From: a virus
Lineage: Duplodnaviria > Caudoviricetes
IMG/VR virus record: IMGVR_UViG_3300011008_000012
Span: 1 to 64,000 of that record
Reading direction: 5' to 3' (one strand)
DNA: 64,000 bases
This document shows, piece by piece, positions 48,625 to 59,551 of this stretch. Numbering within the stretch: position 1 is the first letter of the stretch; every line of letters begins with the position of its first letter. Under the pieces are notes generated by a model. That model made no database searches. It had not been told where the DNA came from and saw only the letters and a list, made by a program, of their open reading frames with translations. The translations under genes were made by a program, and so were the position numbers.

Positions 48625-49399
48625 CGTTCTTACCCTCCATCAGTCGTTCAAAAGAAGCTCCATTGGCACGGAGGGTCTCGCGGAAACGATATGAGTCGCC
48701 CTCCATATCTACCAGGATGGCTTTGTAGGTGAGTCTGTCCACAATGGCGCTGGTAATGGCAGCGTCGCCAAATATCTCGTCCCAGCGCTCAAAGGTCAGG
48801 TTGGATGTAATAATCGTGGATTTCTGGGTGGCGCGCAGAGAGAGGTTTGTAAACAGGAGGTCTGCGCCCTCTCGGTCAAAGGAGACATAGCCCATCTCAT
48901 CGGCTATGACCAAATCATACTTTTCAAACCGTTTCTCAAACGCCTTGAGCGTTTTTGCATTCACATTTTCCTTCAGTTCTGTTACCAAATATGGAACAGT
49001 GGTGAACAGAACGCGGAAGCCTTGCTCGCAAGCTCGAATACCGAGGCCAATGGCCACATGTGTTTTTCCAGTGCCGGGATTGCCGGTGAGAATGAGATTT
49101 TGGCCGTTGCGGATGAAGTCCAATCCAGCGAGCTCCGGCAGCCGCTTGCGCATATCCCTTGGCAAGCATTCCAATTCAAGGTCTTCCAGATATTTTTTGT
49201 ACGGAAAGTGGGCACGTCGGATTCGGGACTGTTTCATCCGTTCCTCGGCTTCCTGCAGTTCCTGAGATAATATTCGGTACAGAAAATCCTCGTAGTCCGC
49301 AGCTTCCTGCTCCATGGTCTCAAAGCTCTTCGCGATACCGTTCAGCCGCAGGATCTTGCACAGTTCCTTTATGTCGGCGTTCGTCTTGGCGCTCGTCAT
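48611..49399 (-). CDS. istB: IS21 helper ATPase
   Basis: GNPGTGKTH, ADEMGY, TSNL, AIVDRL. Confidence 0.95.
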   Translation of the reverse strand: MTSAKTNADIKELCKILRLNGIAKSFETMEQEAADYEDFLYRILSQELQEAEERMKQSRIRRAHFPYKKYLEDLELECLPRDMRKRLPELAGLDFIRNGQNLILTGNPGTGKTHVAIGLGIRACEQGFRVLFTTVPYLVTELKENVNAKTLKAFEKRFEKYDLVIADEMGYVSFDREGADLLFTNLSLRATQKSTIITSNLTFERWDEIFGDAAITSAIVDRLTYKAILVDMEGDSYRFRETLRANGASFERLMEGKNDAKA

Positions 49400-50967
49400 A
49401 CAGCGACACTCCCTTCCATCTGCAGTTGTCTGAGCAGATCATATTGAGAGAGCGTGCTTTTTGCTTTTTCACTGAGATGGTCAGAACCCGGCTGCTGAGG
49501 CACCTTACGCAGTGTGTTCTCGCATACGACGCGGATCTTTTGGGCGCTCATATCCTTCGGCGACAGACGCTCCATACGTTTAAGCGCCTGCTGTACAGTA
49601 TCCGCGCCTAGCTCGTATATGACCTCCAGAACTTCGAGGAAGGTACGAGCATCCTGTGTGTAATAAGTGTCGTAAATCTGCTTTACAACAGAGTCGGACT
49701 GCAGCAGTGCCGTGCTGCCGGGCAGAGCGCCGGGCTTGCGTTTCAGGGTTCGGAGATAGTGATAGATGTCAATCGTCCAGTCATGAGGGCGGAAACTCCG
49801 GCTGTGAGTCGCCACGATCCGGTTTTCGTAGTAAACAACGAGCTTGCTCGTGTAAAGACGTACCTGCACACGCTTTCCCACAAGCGTGTCCGGCACAGAG
49901 TAATGATTACCGGCAACCATGACTGTAGAGTACTTGTCCACGCTGTTTTCCGTCCGGATACAGCACTCGAACCTCGGCATGGCCGGCAGTAGACAGCGCT
50001 GTTCTTCTTCAAAGAGTTCTGCCGGAACCTGGCCGTTGGATGCCGTTTCCCGGTTCAGCCTGACACATACGCCAAACAGATACCGGTTGGCAGACTCCAG
50101 AGATTCAAAAATGTCACAGCCGGGTGCACTGAAAGCTTTGTGGCGAACCACATCCACACTGCGCTCCACATGCCCCTTCTCGTTCCCGCGGCGTACATTG
50201 CAGAACCGAAACTGGAAGCCATAATACAGAGACAACTCCAGCAGCGCGTTCGTGGGTTCCTTTTCTGTCGGGCCAACAAATTTCCGCACGGCGACCTTCA
50301 TGTTGTCATAGACCATGGTGTGAAATGCTCCATGACAGAAGGAAAAGAAGGTCGTATGGGATTCCTGGAATGCTGCCGTATCCTGTGAACAGTAGAGAAC
50401 GGCAAATCGCTCCCCGCTATATGCTGCTGTGAATACGGCCATCTGGTATCTCTTGAAGCCGCTGTTCGCTATATCCAGCTTGACCTCGCCCCAGTCGAAC
50501 TCACAGGTTTCACCGGGCTGATATTCCTGCCGGATATACGCCTCTTCATGACGGGCTTCCAGTCTGTTCACCAGCCGTTTTACCGTGGAATAGCTTACAG
50601 AAAAGCCTTCCCGAACCAGGTATTCGTGGATGTCCTTCTTCCTCATCGCCTGTTTCCGCATCCCGGACACTCGCTTCACAGCGTTGAGCTGTAGGCACTG
50701 CTCCACGGCGGCTTCCATCTCCGGCGTTACGATGACCGGGGTGCGGTTACTGGCGTCGTATTTCGGTTCTTCTACGAAGGTCTGGAGAATCTCTTCTGGA
50801 TCTGCATCCGGATCCCGAGTCAGCAATTCTGCCCGCTGTGCATCGTACTCCTTCACATACTTGTTCACGGTGTCCTTGCTGATGTGCATCTTCGATGCAA
50901 TCTGCCGGTTGCTCACCCCGGCCAGGTGGCTCATGATGATTTGCTGCTTTCTGGTCAATGTGATCAC
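49396..50967 (-). CDS. istA: IS21 transposase
   Basis: N-terminal HTH, FDWGE, YDNMK, EKGHVE, YSVP. Confidence 0.95.
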   Translation of the reverse strand: MITLTRKQQIIMSHLAGVSNRQIASKMHISKDTVNKYVKEYDAQRAELLTRDPDADPEEILQTFVEEPKYDASNRTPVIVTPEMEAAVEQCLQLNAVKRVSGMRKQAMRKKDIHEYLVREGFSVSYSTVKRLVNRLEARHEEAYIRQEYQPGETCEFDWGEVKLDIANSGFKRYQMAVFTAAYSGERFAVLYCSQDTAAFQESHTTFFSFCHGAFHTMVYDNMKVAVRKFVGPTEKEPTNALLELSLYYGFQFRFCNVRRGNEKGHVERSVDVVRHKAFSAPGCDIFESLESANRYLFGVCVRLNRETASNGQVPAELFEEEQRCLLPAMPRFECCIRTENSVDKYSTVMVAGNHYSVPDTLVGKRVQVRLYTSKLVVYYENRIVATHSRSFRPHDWTIDIYHYLRTLKRKPGALPGSTALLQSDSVVKQIYDTYYTQDARTFLEVLEVIYELGADTVQQALKRMERLSPKDMSAQKIRVVCENTLRKVPQQPGSDHLSEKAKSTLSQYDLLRQLQMEGSVAV

Positions 50968-51819
50968 ATCCCTTTCCGCCTCCTTACTGCTTGATACAGC
51001 AAGGATAGCATACTTCTTGGATGTGACCTACTTTTCAATGAGCCAGCTGACCTATTTTTAGATTACCATAAACATTCTACGGAAAACGTCATCGTAGTCA
51101 GACCTGAAATGAACTTTCGCAAAGTCATAGAGCGATGGGGTTATCCTCTGATAAGCAAAGAGGTCGCGTTTATGATCTACACGGCGCGGAATAGTCCTGA
51201 CGGAAAGATAGCTCAGCGTTTTGAGCCTGATAACGAGCATGATCTAAAGTACAACGGGCATTTTTCTGTTGCGAAATGGAAATGGCTCAAGGACAGCGAC
51301 ATTCCCATCAGCAATTATTGCTGCAAGGTCATGAAAAAGCGCCCCGCAAAGAAGTTTGAGAAAGAATCTGGGCTACATCCGATCACAGCAATGATGGCTT
51401 GTGAAAGTAGTCTGCGCCGTAATTCCTGGACGCAAAACGGATGCAACATTTTTGATGGTGAGCGGCCAATCTCTAATCCGATGTCGTTCTGGACAGAGCA
51501 GGATGTGCTGGAATATCTCGATACATACAACATTCCATACGCATCTGTATATGGATCGATCGTGAAAAACAGTAAGGGGAAATTCAGGACAACCGGCTGT
51601 GATCGAACAGGATGCGTGTTTTGCGGTTTTGCATGTCACAGAGATAAAGAACCGAACAGATTTCAGAGGTTAAAACAAACACATCCACAGTTGTGGGACT
51701 ACTGTATGCGCCCATGGGATCAGGGAGGTCTCGGAATGAGAGAGGTCATGGACTTCATTGGTGTAAAGGTGGAGTAAATGACATCGCTAGTTTAATCAGA
51801 ACAGAAAGGTGGTGGTTGG

Positions 51820-54800
51820 TTGGCAGGAAACTACATACCATATCACGTTCACAGCGATTACAGCCTTCTCGATAGTTGCACGAAGTTTGAAGATTACGTT
51901 GATCTTGCAGTTCGTGACGGCGTTAAGGCGATTGCGTCTACAGAGCATGGGAAACCAATGGGTTGGGTTTCCAAAAAGTTGTACTGTGACAAGCAGGGTA
52001 TCAAGTTTATCCACGGCGTTGAGATTTACCTGACAGAAAACCTCGACGAAAAAGTCAGAGATAACTACCACACAGTTCTGCTTGCGAGGAATCTGGATGG
52101 TGTACGCGAGCTGAACAGGCTGGTATCAATGTCGTGCGATAAACGACACTTCTACTATACAAACCGAATTAGTTTTGATGAGTTTCTCGGTATATCCGAT
52201 AATATCTTGTCAACGAGCGCGTGTCTGGCGTCACCGTTGAACAGGTTGTCCGAAAGTCATCCGTACTATATGGCATTGGCACAGAAGTACGACTTCCTGG
52301 AGGTGCAAGCCCATAACCATCCAGATCAGATCGCGTTTAATAAAAGGTTGTTTCAGCTATCTTTGGATCTTGGCACTCCATTGATCGCAGGAACAGATAC
52401 ACACAATTCTTCTCCGTATAAAGCGGAGTGCAGGTCGATCCTTCTGAAAGCAAAGCACAAATCATTTGGCGATGAAGATGCGTTCGACCTTACATATAAA
52501 ACATACGACGAGCTGGTCGAAATGTTCCGGCGTCAGAACGCGCTTCCAGAGGATGTGTATCTGGAGGCTATTACCAACACGAACATGCTTGACGAACTCG
52601 TTGAAAATTTTGAACTTGATAAAAGCATTAAATACCCGATCCTGTACGGATCACGAGAAGCCGACTCTGCGAAGTTTACAGAAACAGTAGAACGTATGTT
52701 TGCTGAAAAACTTGAGAGCGGCGTTATTCCACCGGAGCAAAAGGATGCGTTCCGTGCCGCGATCGATGAAGAAATGCGGGTTTTCCAAAAGCTCAAAATG
52801 GATGGCTTTATGCTGTCTATGTCCGAGCTTATATGCTGGTGCAAGAACCATGGCATGGCGATCGGTACTGCCCGCGGCTCCGTCGGCGGTTCCAGAGTGG
52901 CGTATGTCACAGACATCATTGACCTTAACCCGGAAACATGGCAGACGGTTTTCTCGCGTTTCTGCAACGAAGACAGAACAGAAATAGGCGATATTGATAT
53001 CGACTGCATTGAAGAAGACCGTCCGGAGATATTCCGCCATATTATATCAAGATTTGGCGCGGACAAGACAGGCCGCGTCGCTTCGTTCGGCACGATACAG
53101 ACCAAGGGTGTCATCGACGAGGTTTGCCGTGCAAAGATGAACGACTGGAATAAGGAACACGGATACAAGGAAGGCGAAAAGGTTGATGATAATCCGTATG
53201 GGTACGATATCGTTAACAAAATTAAGGCAGAATTGACTCCAATCGACAACTTATCCAAGAAAGAAAAGAAGCCGATCACAAGCTATCCTGAATACGATGT
53301 GCTTGCGAAAAAGTACCCACAGGTTTTCTACTACTTCGATGGTTTGTTCAACACAAAGGTTTCCCAGTCCGTTCATCCGGCCGGCATGGTCATCAGTCCT
53401 ATCACGCTTATAGATAACTATGGGATGTTTGATAAGGACGGAGAGAACTGTCTAATGATGGATATGGAAGAGGCTCATGAGGTCGGAGCGGCGAAATACG
53501 ACTTCCTTGTTTTGAAGACAGTGCAGGTTATACGGGATGCTTGCGAATATCTCGGAGTGAACTATCCGCATACATACGAAATCGATTGGAACGATCAAAA
53601 TGTGTGGGCGGATATGCAGAAAAACCTGACTGCGATCTTCCAGTTTGAGGGAGCATTTGCCGCAGACTGTTTTAAGAAGTTCAAAACGTCGAGTATCTTC
53701 GATATGTCGCTCGTCACGGCTTGCATACGTCCGTCCGGTGCGTCATACAGAGATCAGCTTCTTGCACGAAAACCGCATAAGAATCCGTCCGAAATGATCG
53801 ACGAACTCCTAAAGGATAACCTTGGTTATCTGGTGTATCAGGAGGACACGATCAAATTCCTGCAGCAGATTTGCGGTTTGACTGGCAGCGAGGCGGATAA
53901 CGTGCGTCGTGCGATAGGACGAAAACAGCATGACAGACTGGCAGCGGCGCTTCCGTCGATCCTTGAAGGTTATTGCGGGAAATCTCCAAAACCTCGTGAC
54001 GAGGCGGAGAGCGAAGCGAAAGAGTTCTTGCAGATTATAGAAGACAGTGCGAATTACCAATTTGGGTTAATGATTAGCCCATTCTTTGTGAACCCTATTA
54101 CTCAGGGGTGTGTATCTTACGAAGCTGAGTAACCGCAGGAAATGGCGGCTAAAAGATATGCTAACGGGGGAACCCTACTGTATTGAGGGCAATCCTGTGC
54201 TAAGCAGATAGGAGTGAAGATGTGGAAATCAATTAGTGGCTATGAAGGATACTACGAGGTGAGCGACGATGGTAGGGTGAGGAGCCTCACTCGCACAATC
54301 TTAGACTCACGCGGGGTAATACGAACACTTCACGGCGGTGAAATGAAGGTTACAGAATCGATCGGTAAAGACCGGTCCGGAGACGGTTATTATGTAGTAA
54401 ACCTAAGACGTGAGCATACTTCGAACGTGTGCCCGGTTCATAGGTTGGTTGCTGAAGTATTTATACCAAACAGCGATAATCTTCCGACTGTGAACCACAT
54501 AGACGGAGACAAGTATAATAATCATGTTTCAAATCTGGAGTGGGCTTCATACGCAGACAATAATGTACATGCGCTAAAGCACCAGTTAAGACAACCTAGA
54601 GGTAATCGTATTGCCCAGTATTCTTTGGACGGTTCCTATATTTCCACATTTCAGTCTACATGCGAAGCCGCGAGGCAAACAGGTGTATCGCGCGGAATGA
54701 TTTCACACTGCTTGAATGGCAGATGTGGTTCAGCAGGCGGCTTTGTATGGAAAAAACTATCTGAAAGTGCAACGACTATCCCGCAAGGGAGTACGCAGGA

Positions 54801-55827
54801 AGATGAGTTACCTGCGGAAGCGCAAAGACCACAATAAGTGGAAGATATAGTCTACGCCACCAGTAATGGTGGAATGCGTGATAATCATTCAATCGCATAT
54901 TGCCTTCTAGGGTATCTGTGTGGATATTATCGCTACTATCATCCTTTGGAATTTGTCACGTCGTTTTTGAACAATGCGGCAAACGATGAGGATATCAGAA
55001 ACGGTACTGCATACGCAACAAAGGTCGGGATCAAAGTGACGATGCCAAAATGGGGCGTATCCAAAGGTGAGTACTACTTCGACCGGGACAAAAACATCAT
55101 CGCAAAGGGTGTCACATCGATCAAGTACATGAGCGAACAGCTCGCAGATGAAATGTTCATCCTCTCGAAGAATCATTATGAACGATTCATTGATTTGGTC
55201 GCCGATCTTAAGTCAAAGACAAGCATAAACTCGCGCCAACTTGAGATCCTCGTTAAGCTGGATTTCTTTTCCGACTTCGGCAATCAAAGAGAATTGCTTC
55301 GCATCATTGATGTGTTCAGTCAGTTGTTAAAGGACGGAGAGGTCAAACAGATCAAGAAGGAATCTGTCGATGGAACACCGTTCGGTGAGATTATCGCACA
55401 ATACTCAAACGGGAAAACGAAGAATGGCGCTGAGTCCAAAAGCTACGTCATTCAGGATATCCACGCGATCATGCGCGGAGTTGAAGATGCAATCATGGCG
55501 GCTCGTCTGGAAGATTTGCCAGACATTGTGAAGATACAAAACTTCCACGACGCTATGGGCTATGTCGGATACACATCCGGCAAGGAAGAGGACAGAAGAA
55601 AGCTCTATGTTCTCGATGTTTTCCCTCTCGCAAGAAAAAGTGACGGAAAGAAGTTTGGGTATTCCGTCATCACAAAATCGATCGGAAGCGGCGTTGAAAG
55701 CCGCTTCACGGTTTTTAATCGGGTATTCGATAAGGAACCGATACATAAGGGCGACGTGATCTACTGCAAAGGATATGAACGGAATAGACAATACTTTACA
55801 CTCACTTTTTATGACAAAGTCTACTAA
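51820..55827 (+). CDS. dnaE: DNA polymerase III alpha subunit; exons 51820-54067 and 54881-55827 (1064 aa spliced)
   Basis: PHP HVHSDYS, ARGSVGGS, DIDID, HPAG, KYDFL, YQE; splice junction restores YQFG-YNHSIAY. Confidence 0.92.
54068..54880 (+). mobile_element. group I intron in dnaE
   Basis: P1 gggt/gccc with U-G at the splice site, P10 atgatta/taatcat, R gcaacgactat, S aagatatagtct, terminal G54880. Confidence 0.92.
54214..54837 (+). CDS. intron-encoded HNH homing endonuclease (NUMOD4-HNH-NUMOD1)
   Basis: WKSISGYEGYYEVSDDGRVRS, HRLVA, VNHIDGDKYNNHVSNLEW. Confidence 0.92.
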   Translation: MKMWKSISGYEGYYEVSDDGRVRSLTRTILDSRGVIRTLHGGEMKVTESIGKDRSGDGYYVVNLRREHTSNVCPVHRLVAEVFIPNSDNLPTVNHIDGDKYNNHVSNLEWASYADNNVHALKHQLRQPRGNRIAQYSLDGSYISTFQSTCEAARQTGVSRGMISHCLNGRCGSAGGFVWKKLSESATTIPQGSTQEDELPAEAQRPQ

Positions 55828-55839
55828 GGCGGTGACCAA

Positions 55840-56598
55840 ATGCGGGAATTTGATTCGGAAAGCCTGACTGAGCTTCTCACTGATTGCTATGAAAACCCAG
55901 GGTTCGTCGGAGGTTTATTGTTTAGGTACGCAGATGAAGTGGAGCGTGTTAAAAAGCTCTTCGAGGACGGAATTAGAGCCGGTAGGATAGATGGTGCTGA
56001 ACGCATCGAGTCTGACGTGAATGTCGAGCTGATGGCACGATATGATTGGATTCGGTTTAGTAATGGCAGCTCCATTTATATGATGAGCTCATCCACTGCT
56101 AATACTGGAGCTGCAATTTACCAAGCTGGTCATCACTTTGATCGAATCCTATTTGACATTTCTGTGCCGGAAATAGATCGTATGGCGTTTCTATCGTTAG
56201 AGAAGATGCAGGATACATACGATCTCCGCGATTGGTTGCCATCATTATCTATGTGTGTCGATGCGACTCCTGATTACCGCTATATTGTTAGTAATGAACC
56301 ATGGAGTATGCCTACAACATCATCTGCTACAACTTATGCGCACACAACGACATCACCAACATACATGGAAAGGTCAACCACCATACCAACAAGCACGATT
56401 AGTGGTCCGTGGTGCTCATCCGGTACAACATTTCAGTATGCGTATGACGAATCCATGCGTGGGAAAACATGGCGTCGAAGTGATGCGCTCAAAAATGCTC
56501 TGAAAAAGCTCAAAATCAAAGATGAATCGGACGTAATTGATGAGAAAGCGTTCGATTCGTTTATGAAAAAGCTCGAAAACGGAGAAAAATTGGCATGA
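55840..56598 (+). CDS. hypothetical protein with Thr/Ser-rich linker
   Basis: 252-aa ORF in operon. Confidence 0.65.
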   Translation: MREFDSESLTELLTDCYENPGFVGGLLFRYADEVERVKKLFEDGIRAGRIDGAERIESDVNVELMARYDWIRFSNGSSIYMMSSSTANTGAAIYQAGHHFDRILFDISVPEIDRMAFLSLEKMQDTYDLRDWLPSLSMCVDATPDYRYIVSNEPWSMPTTSSATTYAHTTTSPTYMERSTTIPTSTISGPWCSSGTTFQYAYDESMRGKTWRRSDALKNALKKLKIKDESDVIDEKAFDSFMKKLENGEKLA

Positions 56599-56637
56599 TT
56601 TTGCTTATAAAACTTGGTTTTCATAGAGGAGGTGTTT

Positions 56638-57348
56638 ATGGCAAGTAAAAAGAAACCATACATTGAGACACATCCAGACCCGCCGGAGAAGATCACGAAC
56701 GAGTGCTTCTACGGTATAAAGCTGGACAAGGAACAACTGGAGCTGGCGAATACGATCTGGAATCCAGACATTGATATCGTGTTTGTCAACAGTACAGCCG
56801 GTACTGGAAAGACAACCATAGCGACCGGTGTGGCAAACCTCCTCGTGCATTACGGTATGTTCGACGGGATCGTGTACATCATGTCGCCATACGGCGAACG
56901 AAAGCAAGGGTATCTTCCTGGTAGCTTCACGGAAAAGAGTGCTGTCTACTTCGAGGCTTTTTATCAGGCGCTCATCAACTGCAACGTCAATCCGACAACA
57001 TCTATCAACGATGAGAGCATGGTGAACCAGAAAAACGGAACTGGGTATATCACCTGTATCACAGATACGTTCCTGAGAGGAACGAACCTTGATAGAGCTG
57101 TAATTATTCTTGACGAAGCGCAGAACTACACGACGGCGCAACTCAAGAAAACGCTTACAAGAGTTGGATCGCGATCCAAAGTGATCGTGATCGGTCATGA
57201 TAAGCAATGCGATCTGGACGATCCGAACGCAAGTGGATTTGTCAGATACATCAACCATTTCTCCGGCAAGGAACGTGCTGCTATCTGTGAGCTTCATACC
57301 AATCACCGTGGGTGGGTTAGTCAGCACGCTGATGAGCTTGAGGAATAA
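56638..57348 (+). CDS. phoH: PhoH family ATPase
   Basis: AGTGKT, GYLPG, FLRG, LDEAQN, LTRVG, QCD. Confidence 0.92.
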   Translation: MASKKKPYIETHPDPPEKITNECFYGIKLDKEQLELANTIWNPDIDIVFVNSTAGTGKTTIATGVANLLVHYGMFDGIVYIMSPYGERKQGYLPGSFTEKSAVYFEAFYQALINCNVNPTTSINDESMVNQKNGTGYITCITDTFLRGTNLDRAVIILDEAQNYTTAQLKKTLTRVGSRSKVIVIGHDKQCDLDDPNASGFVRYINHFSGKERAAICELHTNHRGWVSQHADELEE

Positions 57349-57369
57349 TACATAACAGGAGACACGCCT

Positions 57370-57606
57370 TTGAGGATTTGTATTTGCAATAAGTGCGGAA
57401 AAACCATGGACGTTTATGATATTCAGGAGAAGTTCTCATTCCATACACGTCTTGGGTATGGATCAAGGTACGATGAGGATTATCTTGATATCGATCTCTG
57501 CTGTGAGTGCATGGATAAGATAATCGATGAATGTCTGATCTCGCCAATCACGGAATGCGGCTTCTGGGATGAATATGACGAAGAAGAGGACTGTGAAAAT
57601 GAGTGA
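57370..57606 (+). CDS. small Zn-finger hypothetical protein
   Basis: CNKCG..GYGSRYD..DLCCEC. Confidence 0.7.
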   Translation: MRICICNKCGKTMDVYDIQEKFSFHTRLGYGSRYDEDYLDIDLCCECMDKIIDECLISPITECGFWDEYDEEEDCENE

Positions 57607-58210
57607 GTACATAGTTACAGACTACGGGTGTTGCCGAAACACGCATGTATACGGCCTCGATGAGAGCATCCGGTTTGCAAAATATCCAATGTCAACCGAC
57701 ACGTCATGCCTGAATGCAGAGCTGACGGATGGAATCCGAGGTCTTGCGCAGAGTGAGAAGGGGGAGGGACATGACCAGTGGCTGACGGGCGTTACCGTCG
57801 AGTTTGACCTTGAGTTTACGATTAAAGCATGGACGGAGGAAGAACGGTACACGTTTATGAACTTCGTCAGCAGTCAATCGACAATGCACCGCATAGCTAG
57901 ATTCGACTACGACGAATCATATATCAAATACACAGATCCACGTTGCATCGAGATCGTGAAAGAACTTGCAGATCGATATAATGCTACAAGAGATCCAGAG
58001 GATTACCTCCGGCTTCTGTACAGCAATCCATGCGGCATGAAGCTCCGCGCAGGCATCGTGACAAACTACCGTGCTCTCAAAACGGTCTATGCGCAGCGTA
58101 AAAACCATCGGCTTCCCGAGTGGAGAGAGTTTTGCAGATGGGTCGAAACGCTCCCGATGGCAACCGAGCTCATCCTTCCAAGAGAAGAGAAGGAGGAAGA
58201 GGTGGCGTGA
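57599..58210 (+). CDS. divergent ThyX-like (flavin-dependent thymidylate synthase fold) protein
   Basis: GHDQWL, SSQSTMHR, TNYRALKTVYAQRKNHRLPEW; nucleotide-metabolism context. Confidence 0.55.
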   Translation: MSEYIVTDYGCCRNTHVYGLDESIRFAKYPMSTDTSCLNAELTDGIRGLAQSEKGEGHDQWLTGVTVEFDLEFTIKAWTEEERYTFMNFVSSQSTMHRIARFDYDESYIKYTDPRCIEIVKELADRYNATRDPEDYLRLLYSNPCGMKLRAGIVTNYRALKTVYAQRKNHRLPEWREFCRWVETLPMATELILPREEKEEEVA

Positions 58211-58773
58211 AGGTAATCTGCATATCTGGGAAAGCGCAGCATGGAAAAGATACTACGGCGTCGATCATGGCTAGTACGCTGCGTGAAAGAGGTTTTCGTG
58301 TGCTGGTTGCGCATTATGCCGACCTGCTGAAATACATCTGTAAGATGTTTTTTGGTTGGGACGGCAAGAAGGATGAGGATGGCCGTCAGCTTCTGCAATA
58401 TGTTGGCACAGACGTTATTCGTGCGCAGGATCAAAACTTCTGGGTTCGATTCATTGGAAGCGTTCTCAATCTTTTCCCTGACGAATGGGATTTTGTTCTG
58501 ATTCCTGATACAAGGTTCCCGAACGAGATCAGTGCTATGAATGGATATGGGTTTGATGTGTCGCTCCTTCGTGTAATTCGTGATGGGTTTGATAACGGTC
58601 TCACCGAAAAGCAAAAGAATCATCCATCCGAGACTTCGCTTGACGGTGTGAAAGCAGACTATACGATCCATAACAACGGGCCAATGTCCGATCTGATTGT
58701 GGATGTACATAACCTGATCGATAGTATGATCGAGCCAATGCCGCTTATAGATGGATACGAGGTGACAGATTGA
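58207..58773 (+). CDS. deoxynucleoside monophosphate kinase
   Basis: ISGKAQHGKDT, RQLLQYVGT, DTRFPNE, HPSE. Confidence 0.85.
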   Translation: MKVICISGKAQHGKDTTASIMASTLRERGFRVLVAHYADLLKYICKMFFGWDGKKDEDGRQLLQYVGTDVIRAQDQNFWVRFIGSVLNLFPDEWDFVLIPDTRFPNEISAMNGYGFDVSLLRVIRDGFDNGLTEKQKNHPSETSLDGVKADYTIHNNGPMSDLIVDVHNLIDSMIEPMPLIDGYEVTD

Positions 58774-59321
58774 CAATACTTGTAGACATGGATGAGGTAT
58801 TAGATCAGCTATTACAGGCATGGATACCATATCTCAACAAAAAGTACGATCGGAATGTTGATCCAGAAGACGTTACTGGTTGGTGGATCACAGATTTTTA
58901 TCCCGGTCTTACGCACAAACAAATATATGGCGTCTTAAAAGACGGGGAATTGTGGGCGAATGTCAAACCGGTTCCTGGAGCAAGTGAAGTGCTCCAGAAG
59001 CTAATGGCAGACGGCCACGATATTTTTATCGTCACGAACTCCAACTATAAGACCGTGGAAGTGAAGATGGATACCGTGCTGTTCAAATACTATCCATTCC
59101 TTTCATGGGACAAGGTAATCCTGGCGACAAAGAAACAAATGATCCGTGGCGATGTTTTGATCGACGACGGAATCCACAATTTAGAGGGCGGCGATTATCA
59201 CAAAATCCTGATGGACGCGCCGCACAACCGCGGGTATGACGCGGCTATACACGGTATGCACCGGGTTTTTAACTGGGATGACATCTACCGGGTGATTCAG
59301 CACATAGATCAAAGGAATTGA
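58770..59321 (+). CDS. 5'(3')-deoxyribonucleotidase (HAD)
   Basis: VDMDEVL, LIDDGIHNL, APHN. Confidence 0.85.
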   Translation: MTILVDMDEVLDQLLQAWIPYLNKKYDRNVDPEDVTGWWITDFYPGLTHKQIYGVLKDGELWANVKPVPGASEVLQKLMADGHDIFIVTNSNYKTVEVKMDTVLFKYYPFLSWDKVILATKKQMIRGDVLIDDGIHNLEGGDYHKILMDAPHNRGYDAAIHGMHRVFNWDDIYRVIQHIDQRN

Positions 59322-59551
59322 ATGCTATGTATGATATTACGCTTTACAGCACAGATTGCCCTCAGTGCGTCGTGTTGAAGAAAAAGATGAACGCCAGAGG
59401 ATTGGCGTTCAAAGAGAACAACGATATAAAGACCATGCAAGACATGGGTATTACATATGTCCCGGTTCTTCAGGTCAATGATACGTTGATGGATTTTGCC
59501 GCCGCGTGCAGATGGGTAGACGCGGAGGAGGCAGACCAGAATGAACATTGA
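59318..59551 (+). CDS. glutaredoxin/NrdH-like protein
   Basis: LYSTDCPQC, YVPVL. Confidence 0.8.
   Translation: MNAMYDITLYSTDCPQCVVLKKKMNARGLAFKENNDIKTMQDMGITYVPVLQVNDTLMDFAAACRWVDAEEADQNEH

Larger units (their letters stand above)
48146..51074 (-). mobile_element. IS21 family insertion sequence
   Basis: TG...CA ends, imperfect 27-bp terminal IRs, TTCTA target duplication (48141-48145, 51075-51079), internal atcgaaaa(t/c)taggtca repeats. Confidence 0.93.
47884..51777 (+). pseudogene. PAPS-reductase-family gene interrupted by IS21
   Basis: SFSGGKDS, DTGLEYPE before the IS; CC..MKK, RTGCVFC after; removing the IS and one TTCTA restores frame (EFARSTENVIVVRPEMNF). Confidence 0.88.

Noticed and set aside
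54838-54880. ORF-track start of a separate 329-aa protein at 54838
   Set aside because: These codons are intron S/P9 sequence; the frame is dnaE exon 2 starting at 54881.
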